Assembly: GCA_965232835.1 (NCBI GenBank)
Contig: OZ247426.1
Location: forward strand, 924,974 to 988,973
DNA length: 64,000 bases
Origin: Dehalococcoidia bacterium
Lineage (GTDB): Bacteria > Chloroflexota > Dehalococcoidia > Lucifugimonadales > UBA3495
Reading direction: 5' to 3'
Shown here: in pieces, positions 54,330-63,158 of the stretch
Numbering within the stretch: position 1 is the first letter of the stretch
How the letters are laid out: each line of letters starts with the position of its first letter
Made by a program: the position numbers and the translations under genes
The notes under the pieces: generated by a model
Database searches by the model: none
What the model was told of the DNA's origin: nothing
Seen by the model: only the letters and a program-made list of their open reading frames with translations

Positions 54330-55376
54330 CTACGGCGCCTGGGCGCTCGGCGCTCCTCGGGTCCGCCGGCGCAGTGGGGCGCTCACCTCGTGCATGTAGC
54401 CCAGTATCTCCCGGTGTGACCGCCAGAAGCCGGTCTCGTGATACGGAATGCCATTTTCGAGGCAGAAGTCCTTCACCACCTCACGGGCCTTCCTCAGCTG
54501 GTTGCGCGGCATGTTTGGGAAGAGATGGTGCTCAATCTGGTAGTTCAGTCCGCCGTAGGCGAAATCGATTACCGGATTGGGAATCACGTCGCGGGAAGTC
54601 AGCGCCTGCTGACGCATGTAGTCCAACTTCATTCCCGGTTCCAGGACGGGCATGCCCTTGTGATTGGGAGCGAACACGGACCCCATGTACAGCCCTCCCA
54701 GCGCTCGGTGCACCACTATGAAAACCACCGCCTGCCAAGCAGGCAGAAAGGCAAACAGCAAACCGGCGTAGAGGCCAACGCCTGCCAGGACCACAGTGAT
54801 CTCCGCCAACGGGTACCGCACCCGCTTCCTGCGCGCCAGGTAGACCAACCCGCCTCCCAGCAGGCTCAGTGAAGTAAGTAGCAGCATGGGGTAGAACAGG
54901 AAGGCCTGGTACGCGACAAGTAGACGCAGTGGCCATTTGGTCTTCAGGGCCTGCTCCTCCGTGAAAGCGAAGACCGACACGTCAATGTCCCCGTCCATGT
55001 CCAACTGGTTTGGATTGCGGTGGTGGGCGTTGTGCTTGTCCTGCCACCAGCTGGGGGTCATGCCGGTAACCAGCCCGGCCAGCAGCATGACGAGGTCGTT
55101 CCTGAAGGCCGAGTGAAACATCTGCCGGTGTCCTGAATCATGGCCAATGAACCCGAACTGGGCGAACACAATGGCCAGGAACACGGCATTCAGCATCTGC
55201 ACCCAGAACTGGTCGAAGAGCACCAGCACAGCGATGCCCACGCCCAGTGCCGCCAATGTGCCAAGCACTTTGACAGCGTAGTACAGGTACTGACGGTCCA
55301 GCAGTCCTCGCTCGGCAACCATACGGCGAAGGTGCAGGTATTCCTTGCTTTCCGAGTTTCGCTGGGACTCTTCCAC
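54330..55376 (-). CDS. Membrane fatty-acid desaturase
   Basis: Three His boxes: HDSGHRQ, HNAHHRNPN and QIEHHLFP. Confidence 0.9.
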   Translation of the reverse strand: MEESQRNSESKEYLHLRRMVAERGLLDRQYLYYAVKVLGTLAALGVGIAVLVLFDQFWVQMLNAVFLAIVFAQFGFIGHDSGHRQMFHSAFRNDLVMLLAGLVTGMTPSWWQDKHNAHHRNPNQLDMDGDIDVSVFAFTEEQALKTKWPLRLLVAYQAFLFYPMLLLTSLSLLGGGLVYLARRKRVRYPLAEITVVLAGVGLYAGLLFAFLPAWQAVVFIVVHRALGGLYMGSVFAPNHKGMPVLEPGMKLDYMRQQALTSRDVIPNPVIDFAYGGLNYQIEHHLFPNMPRNQLRKAREVVKDFCLENGIPYHETGFWRSHREILGYMHEVSAPLRRRTRGAPSAQAP

Positions 55377-55509
55377 CGCCGCTTCAACGAACTGACGGTT
55401 TATGGCAATGCTTGGAATCCCGTGGGCCAGTTTTTGAGTAGCTATGCAGAGGTCTCCATTGTTCTAATGTAGTCGCCCCTCTCGGAGGCTGTCTTCCGGC
55501 AAGCGTGCG

Positions 55510-56310
55510 CTAGGCCACAGGAGCCCTGGCCGTTTCCTCTCGGATTCGGGCTGCCGAATCGCGCAGGGCGTTCAGTACGATGGTCTGCGGAGCGGGCGCC
55601 ACGGAGGTGTAGTTCACGCCCATCTCCAGCAGTTCCTGCGGAGAGAGCCGTAGGGCAGAGTGATTGACCGGAATGTATACCTTGGCCTTGCCTACGGAAT
55701 TAATCCGGGCAGCAAGGTCCACGAATGTCTGCCGCAGCCGAGGATCGTTGGGATCGGTCATGCCCAGGGCGGTGGAAATGTCCGTAGGTCCAAGCGAGAT
55801 CAGATCCACGCCGTCCAGGGCCGCGATCTCCTCCAGTTCATCGAGCCCCCGCTGGTCCTCGGTCATGATGATCAGCAGGATCTCTTCGTTGGAGGTACGC
55901 ATGTGTTCCTGCCACGGCACTGCGCCATAGCCTGCGGCCCGGGTGCTGCCGGCACCGCCCCGTTCTCCCTCGGGAGGGTATCGAACGGCGGCGACGGCCC
56001 TTCTTGCTCCCTCAACTCCTTCGATGTGGGGCACCTGGATGCCCTGGGCCCCCGCGTCTAGGATGCGGAGGATGGTCTTGGGGTTGTTTTCGGGAACCCG
56101 GACGATGGGAGTGATGCCGCACAGGTCAGCCACCCGTATCATCTCCCCAACCGTCCCGATGTCGAAAGCCGAGTGTTCCATGTCGATGAAGGCGCCATCG
56201 AATCCCGCAGCCGCAATGATCTCCACGACCGCCGGATCGGCGAAACCGACGTGGCTGACAATGGCCAGACCGCCCTCTCGCATGACCCGTTTCACCCGGT
56301 TTTCTTTCAT
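55510..56310 (-). CDS. HpcH/HpaI-family aldolase (2-keto-3-deoxy-acid aldolase / citrate-lyase-beta-like)
   Basis: GFDGAFIDMEHSAFD, VRVPENNPKTILRILDAGAQGIQVPHIE, EDQRGLDELEEIAALDGVD. Confidence 0.88.
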   Translation of the reverse strand: MKENRVKRVMREGGLAIVSHVGFADPAVVEIIAAAGFDGAFIDMEHSAFDIGTVGEMIRVADLCGITPIVRVPENNPKTILRILDAGAQGIQVPHIEGVEGARRAVAAVRYPPEGERGGAGSTRAAGYGAVPWQEHMRTSNEEILLIIMTEDQRGLDELEEIAALDGVDLISLGPTDISTALGMTDPNDPRLRQTFVDLAARINSVGKAKVYIPVNHSALRLSPQELLEMGVNYTSVAPAPQTIVLNALRDSAARIREETARAPVA

Positions 56311-56462
56311 ATCAATGACCTCTGATTCAAGGTACCGCTGCAGGTTGCGTTAGAGTGTAGATAGAGGCGAGCGAACCTGTCAAACGGGCGCATGCGGACA
56401 AGGAGTATTGGCCGATTGTGTCAGCCCGGGTGACAGCCGGAGGCTCGCTGCCAGTGGACTCG

Positions 56463-57260
56463 CTACTGTGACGACGGAAGAGCGACGACCTCAACGCTAT
56501 CACCGACGCTGACGGTACCAGGGTTCGCCACCGCAGCGTACACGCCGAAATACGGTGCCCTGGATGCGGGACGATACGCCAGCAGAAACCTTGGCGTGTC
56601 GAAGTCACGCTGGCCCGTGTCGGGGTCTATGGTGGTGATGGCGCACCTCGGGTCAGGGGCCACAATCCTCAGCCTTACCTCAGGACCGATGGCCACCACG
56701 CCGCCCAGCCAGGAGTCCTCCTCGTGCGGCGAGCATCCGTCAAGCAGGAAATTTGGTCGGAAGCGCCGTCCATCGAAGGGCCGGGCGTTCTCAGCGAGCT
56801 GACTGAGGAGGTCGACGGAGGCCTGCGACAGGAGTGACATCGGGTATTCGTCGTAGGACAGCCCAACCTGGTCGGTCTTGACCAGCCGGACGGGCCCACC
56901 GCACAGGGCGGACAGGGCCTCGTTCCACTCCCCGAGCACCTCACGTCCCGGGACCGTGCGCCCGAAAATCGGGGTGCTGACGGCCTGTCCTTCCTCCACC
57001 GAGCCAGCAACCACCTTGCCATCTGGAAAGGTCAGTGCCAGTTGCAAGGACTCCGGAACGAAGCTGGCCTTTACCTGGGAGAGCTGCGGACGCTGCCGCT
57101 GCGTCAGCAGACGACCACCGCCGTCGATCATGTGAAATCGGCGGTCTTCGGCAATCCCGGCGGGTCCTACCGGTATCGATTCTCTATCCTGTAGGGCCAG
57201 GGATTTGACGGGCGCAGTAAATATTGCAGCGACGGTGGGCAAACGGCTTTCCTGCAACAA
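56463..57260 (-). CDS. MOSC-domain protein (YcbX-like; MOSC_N beta-barrel plus MOSC)
   Basis: FTAPVKSLALQ...GIAEDRRF, RFRPNFLLDG, and the conserved Cys in APDPRCAITTIDPDTG. Confidence 0.85.
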   Translation of the reverse strand: MLQESRLPTVAAIFTAPVKSLALQDRESIPVGPAGIAEDRRFHMIDGGGRLLTQRQRPQLSQVKASFVPESLQLALTFPDGKVVAGSVEEGQAVSTPIFGRTVPGREVLGEWNEALSALCGGPVRLVKTDQVGLSYDEYPMSLLSQASVDLLSQLAENARPFDGRRFRPNFLLDGCSPHEEDSWLGGVVAIGPEVRLRIVAPDPRCAITTIDPDTGQRDFDTPRFLLAYRPASRAPYFGVYAAVANPGTVSVGDSVEVVALPSSQ

Positions 57261-57270
57261 CTCCTGGGCA

Positions 57271-58647
57271 TTACGGGCTGGTTGGTCGCTGGCCCAGAGT
57301 AACCTCTATCTCCTCTTGCTGTCCATCCCTCAGCACGGTCAGGGTGACCTCGTCGCGCGGGCTGTTGTGGTACAGCAGGTGCGCGATCAACCCGCTGGAG
57401 TCGGATACCTCGTGGGAGTTAATGGCCAAGATTATGTCACCGCCCACGGGGTACGGCACTCCGTTCAACTCTAGCGAGGAATCGGAGCCGCGCAAGCCGG
57501 CCCTCTCCGCCGGGCTTCCGTCCACCACGGATATGACAATCGCGCCAGCAGTACCCTCCGGAAGGTCAAGTTCCATAATGTAGTTGGATGTCGCAGTGGC
57601 TATGCTCACTCCCAGCCAGGGATAGTTGAACTCTCCATCCTCAATCAGGGGCGCCACCACTCGCTTGGCGATGTTGACGGGCACCGCCATTCCCACGCCC
57701 GAGAAGCTGCCGGAACGGCTGATGATCTGCGTGTTGATGCCGATAACCTGCCCAAGGCGGTCCAGCAAGGGGCCGCCGGAGTTTCCCGGGTTGATGGCGG
57801 CGTCCGTCTGGATCACCTCCGGAATTGTGAACTGGCTCTGGCCGCTGATGTTGCGTCCCACTGCGCTGACGATGCCCGAGGTCATGGTGAATTCCTGCCC
57901 GAACGGGGCGCCGATGGCCACAGTAAGCTGGCCTGCCTCGACGGCGCTGCTGTCGCCCAGGGTCACCGGCTGCAAATCCCAATCATCTCCCTGCAGCTTG
58001 ATCACCGCGAGGTCGGAATGCGGGTCGCTGCCGACCACCCGACCGGTCGCCCGGGTGGAGTCGGCAAAGATCACTGTTACTTCGCTCGAACCACCCACCA
58101 GGTCCTCCACGACGTGGTGATTGGTCACGATATGACCTTCTTCGTCCCATACGAATCCCGAGCCCGCGCCCCACAGCAGCTCATCCGGTACACCCTGCAG
58201 ACCTTGCAGCGCTGAGGTGGCCGGATTGGGAACCCTGATGTATACCACCGACGGCAGAACGCCTTCGTAAATGTCGTTCAGTACCTTTTCGAACGCCGCC
58301 AGCACTAGCTGGGCATCTGATTCCGCCACTGCCGGCGGATCGCTGCTGTCTTGCTGGACCGGGGACTGCTCAACCGATTCATTGGTTTTACTGCCGTTAT
58401 CGGCGGAGGTGGCAACCTGTCCGGCAGCAACCTGTCCGACAGCGACAGGAACCGCCACAGCCTCCTGCGTTGGCGGTTCCGCAGGCGGTGAGGACGTGCT
58501 GGTGGGCTCAGGGGCTATGGTGATTGACTCCCTGTCAGCCTCCTGATTCGAGGAGCCATTGCAGGCTGCCAGAACGCCAATCACGACGGCGAGGACCAGA
58601 ACACCAACGACCCACCGCGAAAAAAGGCGCGCCGATTTTCGCATCAC
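57271..58647 (-). CDS. htrA: HtrA/DegP-family serine protease with PDZ domain; probable lipoprotein signal
   Basis: Catalytic His in HIVTNHHVV and Ser in GNSGGPLLD, with a C-terminal PDZ (PAERAGLRGSD). The N-terminus VLAVVIGVLAACNGSS is lipobox-like. Confidence 0.92.
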   Translation of the reverse strand: MMRKSARLFSRWVVGVLVLAVVIGVLAACNGSSNQEADRESITIAPEPTSTSSPPAEPPTQEAVAVPVAVGQVAAGQVATSADNGSKTNESVEQSPVQQDSSDPPAVAESDAQLVLAAFEKVLNDIYEGVLPSVVYIRVPNPATSALQGLQGVPDELLWGAGSGFVWDEEGHIVTNHHVVEDLVGGSSEVTVIFADSTRATGRVVGSDPHSDLAVIKLQGDDWDLQPVTLGDSSAVEAGQLTVAIGAPFGQEFTMTSGIVSAVGRNISGQSQFTIPEVIQTDAAINPGNSGGPLLDRLGQVIGINTQIISRSGSFSGVGMAVPVNIAKRVVAPLIEDGEFNYPWLGVSIATATSNYIMELDLPEGTAGAIVISVVDGSPAERAGLRGSDSSLELNGVPYPVGGDIILAINSHEVSDSSGLIAHLLYHNSPRDEVTLTVLRDGQQEEIEVTLGQRPTSP

Positions 58648-58913
58648 AGAATTCTCCTGAAGGATAGAAGATTACCCCCGAATACCAATACGACGGTTGC
58701 GAATGTCCGGATTCTAATCCTGAATATTGAAAGAATTTGGAAGACTTCCGCGAGTCGCCCTTCCACGGAATGCATCCTTGACGTCAAATGTCCCGGGCGG
58801 TTCTCGGTTTGGCTCATTTGTTACCCGTCCTCGTCTTCACGAGCCCGTTCGGGGGCACACTGCACATGCCTACTGGTTTGGAATGAACTGGTTCCCTTTG
58901 CCTGAAAATATTC

Positions 58914-58919
58914 TATAAT
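58914..58919 (+). promoter_or_regulatory. Candidate -10 box (TATAAT) in the AT-rich htrA/nfeD divergent region
   Basis: TATAAT lies 50 nt upstream of the nfeD ATG, and a second TATAAA sits 6 nt downstream. The -35 is weak. Confidence 0.3.
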
Positions 58920-58968
58920 TGATATTATAAATTCCGATTGTCATTCCCGAGCCAGAGCGATCAGAGCA

Positions 58969-60342
58969 ATGTCGATACCGCGAGAAAAGTTGTTGAATGG
59001 GGTGAAACGCCTCTTTCTGCTGTGCTCCGTCCTAGCCTTGCTCCTCGGCATGGCGGGGCCGCTGGCTGGCACCGCCCTTGCCCAGTCTCCGTCTGGCCCG
59101 CACGCCCTGGTGATCAACATCGACGGCGTTATCAACCCGGTCAAAGAGCGGTTTATCCAGAGGGCCCTGGACGAGGCTCAGGAGACCAAGGCAGTCCTTC
59201 TCTTAATCCGCCTCGACACTCCGGGAGGGCTACTGACCTCCACCAGGGAAATCGTGGAGCTGTTGCTGGGCTCTCCTGTGCCCACGGCAGTCTACGTCTC
59301 CCCAAGCGGTGCCCGAGCCGGTTCAGCGGGCACTTTCCTGACGGCGGCAGCGAATTTCGCCGTAATGGCGCCGGGCTCAAACATCGGCGCGGCCACTCCG
59401 GTCTCCGGTTCAGGACAGGACCTCGACGAGACCCTGGCCAGCAAGGTGGAAAACGACGCGGCGGCCCTCATACGCAGTATCGCCCAGGAACGCGGGCGCA
59501 ACGCCGAACTGCTGGAGGACACGGTCCGCGAGGCCGCCTCCTACAGCTCCCAGGAAGCCGTTGACGGCAACGTGGTGGACTTCATCGCCGAAGACATCGA
59601 GGGCCTCCTGGCGCAAATCGACGGCATGATGGCCGACACCAGCGAGGGCCAGGTTGTGATGGAGACTCTCGGAATTTCCTCGACAGAGTTCGAAAAGAGC
59701 TTCCTGGAAAATCTGCTTGAGTTCCTGTCTGACCCCAACGTGTCGTTCCTGCTGTTCACCCTGGGAGGGCTCGGAATAATCATCGAGCTGTTCAACCCGG
59801 GCCTGCTGGTTCCTGTGATAGTTGGAGTGATTTGCCTGATACTTGCCTTCGTCGGCGTGGGCAATCTGCCGGTCAACTGGGCCGGCGTCGCCCTGATCCT
59901 GCTGGCCATCGCTCTCGGCGCCGGCGAGGTTGTGGTTGCCGGCTTTGGTGTTCTCGGAGTCGCCTCAGCGGTGAGCCTGATCATAGGCGGGCTGCTGCTG
60001 TTCGCCCAGTTCGGAGAGTCGTCCCCGACGCTGCCCTACATCGGGGTGAACCGTTGGCTACTGGTGGGCGTCTCCGTAGTATCCGGAACCACCGTGATAT
60101 ACTTGGCGCGGCAGGCCATGAAGTCTCGCCGGGACCGCCCCGAGGAAGCATCTTCGGCGATCGTGGGCCAAACGGGCTCCGTCACCATCGCCATGCAGCC
60201 CAGGGGGGCGGTCCGCGTAGCCAACGATACGTGGAGTGCGATGAGTGCCGATGGCAGCCACATATACGCAGGCGAACAGGTGAGGGTGGTGTCGGTCGAT
60301 GGCTTGGTGCTGATTGTAGCCAGGCACGATCCAACCAGCTGA
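58969..60342 (+). CDS. nfeD: NfeD-family membrane-bound ClpP-class serine protease
   Basis: N-terminal signal, then VINIDGVINPVKERFIQRALDEA (ClpP-like domain), a central TM cluster and a C-terminal OB-fold segment (GQTGSV...RGAVRVANDTWSAMS...GEQVRVVSVDGLVL). Confidence 0.88.
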   Translation: MSIPREKLLNGVKRLFLLCSVLALLLGMAGPLAGTALAQSPSGPHALVINIDGVINPVKERFIQRALDEAQETKAVLLLIRLDTPGGLLTSTREIVELLLGSPVPTAVYVSPSGARAGSAGTFLTAAANFAVMAPGSNIGAATPVSGSGQDLDETLASKVENDAAALIRSIAQERGRNAELLEDTVREAASYSSQEAVDGNVVDFIAEDIEGLLAQIDGMMADTSEGQVVMETLGISSTEFEKSFLENLLEFLSDPNVSFLLFTLGGLGIIIELFNPGLLVPVIVGVICLILAFVGVGNLPVNWAGVALILLAIALGAGEVVVAGFGVLGVASAVSLIIGGLLLFAQFGESSPTLPYIGVNRWLLVGVSVVSGTTVIYLARQAMKSRRDRPEEASSAIVGQTGSVTIAMQPRGAVRVANDTWSAMSADGSHIYAGEQVRVVSVDGLVLIVARHDPTS

Positions 60343-60394
60343 CGGGTACGTACTACAGGCATGGGGGATTCTTGAGAATTCCAAGGAGGCCAAT

Positions 60395-61258
60395 ATGTCG
60401 GCAGGCCTGATCATGGTACAGCAGTATCAAAGGATGGTTATCCAGCGATTCGGAACCTATACAGGTACCAAGTCATCCGGGTTGCATTTTCTGATGCCTT
60501 TCGTATATCACGGTACAAAAGTGGACCTCAGGGAACGCGTGGCGCGTGTTCCCACCCAGAAATACATCACCGCGGACAACGTGGTGGTCGACATGGACTT
60601 CGTGATCTACTACCGCGTGATGGAAGACCTGGCGGACCGCGCCGTGCTGGAGGTTCAGAACTTCGAGCTGGCAGTTGTCAACCTGGCTTTCGCCACGTTG
60701 CGTGCGGTCATCGGCTCCACGACGCTGACAGATGCTCTCGCCGAGCGTGAAAGGATCCGGGATTCCATGCAGGTCCGGATGGATGAGGTCACGGAACGAT
60801 GGGGCGTGAAGGTCTCGCAGGTGGAGATCAACGAGATTGATCCGCCTCCCGGTGTGAAAGCCGCGATGGAGCGGGAGAAGTCCGCAGAGGCGATCAAGAC
60901 CGCCGATATCACCGAGTCCGAGGGCGCCAGGCAGGCGGCCATCAACCGGGCCGAGGGCGAGAAGCAGTCGGCTATCCTGAAAGCGGAGGGCGAGCGGGAG
61001 GCTGAGATCCTGCAGGCGGAAGGCGAGCAGCAAGCCGCAGTGCTCCGCGCGATGGGTTTCAGCGAGGCTTTGGAGCGGATTAACGCGGTGGCTAACCAGG
61101 CCGACGGCCGCACCATGAGCCTCCAATACTTTGATACGCTGAAGTCTCTGGGCGACTCACCGTCGACTAAGTGGATCTTCCCGATGGAATTCACCTCCAT
61201 GCTCGGAAACTTCATGTCCATGGGCGGCAACGACCGCCAGAGTAACGGATCTGGGTAA
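60395..61258 (+). CDS. SPFH/band-7 (stomatin-like) protein
   Basis: QRMVIQRFGTY......DLRE........ITADNV.V.MD.V.YYRV, and an EGE/A-rich coiled-coil C-terminus. RBS AAGGAGG. This is the classic nfeD-stomatin gene pair. Confidence 0.92.
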   Translation: MSAGLIMVQQYQRMVIQRFGTYTGTKSSGLHFLMPFVYHGTKVDLRERVARVPTQKYITADNVVVDMDFVIYYRVMEDLADRAVLEVQNFELAVVNLAFATLRAVIGSTTLTDALAERERIRDSMQVRMDEVTERWGVKVSQVEINEIDPPPGVKAAMEREKSAEAIKTADITESEGARQAAINRAEGEKQSAILKAEGEREAEILQAEGEQQAAVLRAMGFSEALERINAVANQADGRTMSLQYFDTLKSLGDSPSTKWIFPMEFTSMLGNFMSMGGNDRQSNGSG

Positions 61259-61281
61259 GCGCATTTCGCACCAGAAAAGGG

Positions 61282-61313
61282 AAAGGCCGGTCGAATCGAC
61301 CGGCCTTTCTTTA
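61282..61313. terminator. Bidirectional intrinsic terminator
   Basis: AAAGGCCGGTCGA-at-TCGACCGGCCTTT followed by CTTTAT. The flanks are A-rich and T-rich. It lies between the convergent SPFH and hpf genes. Confidence 0.8.
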
Positions 61314-61365
61314 TCCTGTCCGCGGATAGCCGCCTCCGGTTGCTGAGACGGTGAGCTTCCCAGAC

Positions 61366-61953
61366 CTATCCTTCGGCGGGCTGGATCATTCCGAAGTTAT
61401 CGTCGCCGCGCCGGTAGAGAACACTGTACCGATCGGTGTCGGCGTCGAGAAACATGTAGAAGTCGTGGTCGAGGTACTGCATCTGCAGGGCGGCTTCCTC
61501 CACAGACATCGGCTCCATGCTGAACCGCTTGATGCGTACCAGGTCCCCTGTGGGGGCCAGCACCTCTTCGCCCTCACCGATTGACTCGGGTTCCACCGCG
61601 GACAGTTCCGCAACCACCGCGTCGGCGTCGGGCGCATGCCTGGACTGTCGCTCGCTGCGGTAGGTGTGGGCCTTCCAGCGGTTGAGTTGGCGGTCCAGCG
61701 CGTCCACCGTGGCGTTTACTGCCGCCCTGGCATTGCCCGCCCTGCGCTGGGCTCGCAGCAGGTCCCCGCCGACGTTCAGCGACACCTGCACCACAACCCT
61801 GTCCTGCTGAGAGCGGGTGGACTCCGTGGCCATCTCCACCTCGGCCCTGGCGATGGCAGGCAGGTGGCGGTCCAGTGAGGCAAGCTTGGCGGTCACGTGC
61901 TCCCTTACCGAGCGGGTGATCTCGATATTCCTCCCCTGAATGCGCAGGTCCAT
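61366..61953 (-). CDS. hpf: Ribosome hibernation-promoting factor, long form (HPF/RaiA)
   Basis: MDLRIQGRNIEITRSVREHVTAKL at the N-terminus, and the C-terminal dimerisation domain IKRFSMEPMSVEEAALQMQYLDHDFYMFLD. RBS AAGGGAGGTG. Confidence 0.93.
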   Translation of the reverse strand: MDLRIQGRNIEITRSVREHVTAKLASLDRHLPAIARAEVEMATESTRSQQDRVVVQVSLNVGGDLLRAQRRAGNARAAVNATVDALDRQLNRWKAHTYRSERQSRHAPDADAVVAELSAVEPESIGEGEEVLAPTGDLVRIKRFSMEPMSVEEAALQMQYLDHDFYMFLDADTDRYSVLYRRGDDNFGMIQPAEG

Positions 61954-61957
61954 TTTG

Positions 61958-61992
61958 CACCTCCCTTATCCCTCTCCCGTTAATGGAGAGGG
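61958..61992. repeat. GGGAGAGGG-family hairpin repeat abutting the hpf Shine-Dalgarno sequence
   Basis: CACCTCCCTTAT-CCCTCTCC-cgttaat-GGAGAGGG. Its CACCTCCC flank is the complement of the hpf RBS. Confidence 0.8.
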
Positions 61993-62102
61993 CCTGAGAC
62001 TCGCTTCCCGGAAGGGGCCGCGATAATAACACAAATATGCGTTCACAGCATGACGGAAAGAAGCAGCGAAGGGTCTGACCTCGGTTTCCGAGGAACGGAC
62101 GT

Positions 62103-63089
62103 CTATCGCGCCCCGGCAGAAAGGGACTTGGGAGCCAGGTCCGACGAGCCGAGGAATTCGATGGCGGCCGAGTAGGGTTCGGCCTCCCTGGAAGCAACCT
62201 GGTCCATCACGGACAAGAGGCCGGGATCGGTCTGCACCAGGCGCCGGAGGCGTCGCACCAGTTCCTCTTCCACCACCTCCAGGAATTCCTGCGTCCTGTG
62301 CTCACCTCGGCGTTTCGCCAGGGTGCCGCTGGACTCCAGGAAAGCTCGGTGTTCCTCCAGCTTACCCCACATTTCGACGATTCCCCCTCCGGTGTGCGCG
62401 GAGGTCAGCATCACCGGGGGGGCCCACTCGGGCGTAGTCAGGGCCATGTGGAGCATCGCGGTAACGGAGGCGGCCATCTGGTCTGCTCCGTCGCGGTCGG
62501 CTTTGTTCACCACGTAGATATCGGCGATCTCCATTATGCCGGCCTTCAGGGCCTGTATCGAGTCGCCGGCCTCGGGTATCAGGGCCACGGCGACTGTATC
62601 GGCGACGCCCATTATCCCCAGCTCGGTTTGGCCGACCCCCACGGTCTCCACGATGACCACGTCGTAGCCTGCCGCATCCAGGGCCCGGGCCACGCCCTTG
62701 ACAATTCGGGGCAGTCCCCCGGCCTGTCCGCGCGTGGCGATGCTACGGATGAAAACGCCGGTGTCCAGGTAGTGGCGCTGCATCCTGATGCGGTCTCCCA
62801 GGAGGGCGCCACCGCTGAAGGGACTGGTGGGGTCCACGGCCACAATGCCGACCCGCTTGCCCTGTTCGCGGAGGTGGCGCGTCAGCTGGTCGACGATGGT
62901 ACTCTTTCCGGCGCCGGGTGGCCCAGTGATGCCCAGCGTATATGCGTGGCCGGTCCGGGAGTCAACGTCGCGCATCACGTCGACGGCAGCCGAATCTCCG
63001 CGTTCCAGCATGGAAATAACACGGGAGAGAGCACGCTGCTCACCGGCCAGCAATCTGTCTGCCAGTTCATTCAAGGGAGACGCCTCCAC
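62103..63089 (-). CDS. meaB: Methylmalonyl-CoA-mutase-associated G-protein chaperone MeaB/ArgK
   Basis: GITGPPGAGKST, ETVGVGQTE, VVNKADRDGA. GTG start. Confidence 0.92.
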   Translation of the reverse strand: MEASPLNELADRLLAGEQRALSRVISMLERGDSAAVDVMRDVDSRTGHAYTLGITGPPGAGKSTIVDQLTRHLREQGKRVGIVAVDPTSPFSGGALLGDRIRMQRHYLDTGVFIRSIATRGQAGGLPRIVKGVARALDAAGYDVVIVETVGVGQTELGIMGVADTVAVALIPEAGDSIQALKAGIMEIADIYVVNKADRDGADQMAASVTAMLHMALTTPEWAPPVMLTSAHTGGGIVEMWGKLEEHRAFLESSGTLAKRRGEHRTQEFLEVVEEELVRRLRRLVQTDPGLLSVMDQVASREAEPYSAAIEFLGSSDLAPKSLSAGAR

Positions 63090-63115
63090 CCTAGCCCTTC
63101 CCGGAAGGGAGAGGG
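63083..63115. repeat. GGGAGAGGG-family hairpin repeat overlapping the meaB start
   Basis: CCTCCACCCTAG-CCCTTCCC-gga-AGGGAGAGGG. Confidence 0.75.
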
Positions 63116-63158
63116 AATAAAGCGGATATGCAAGGGAGGCAAAGCAATGGGGCCTGGT

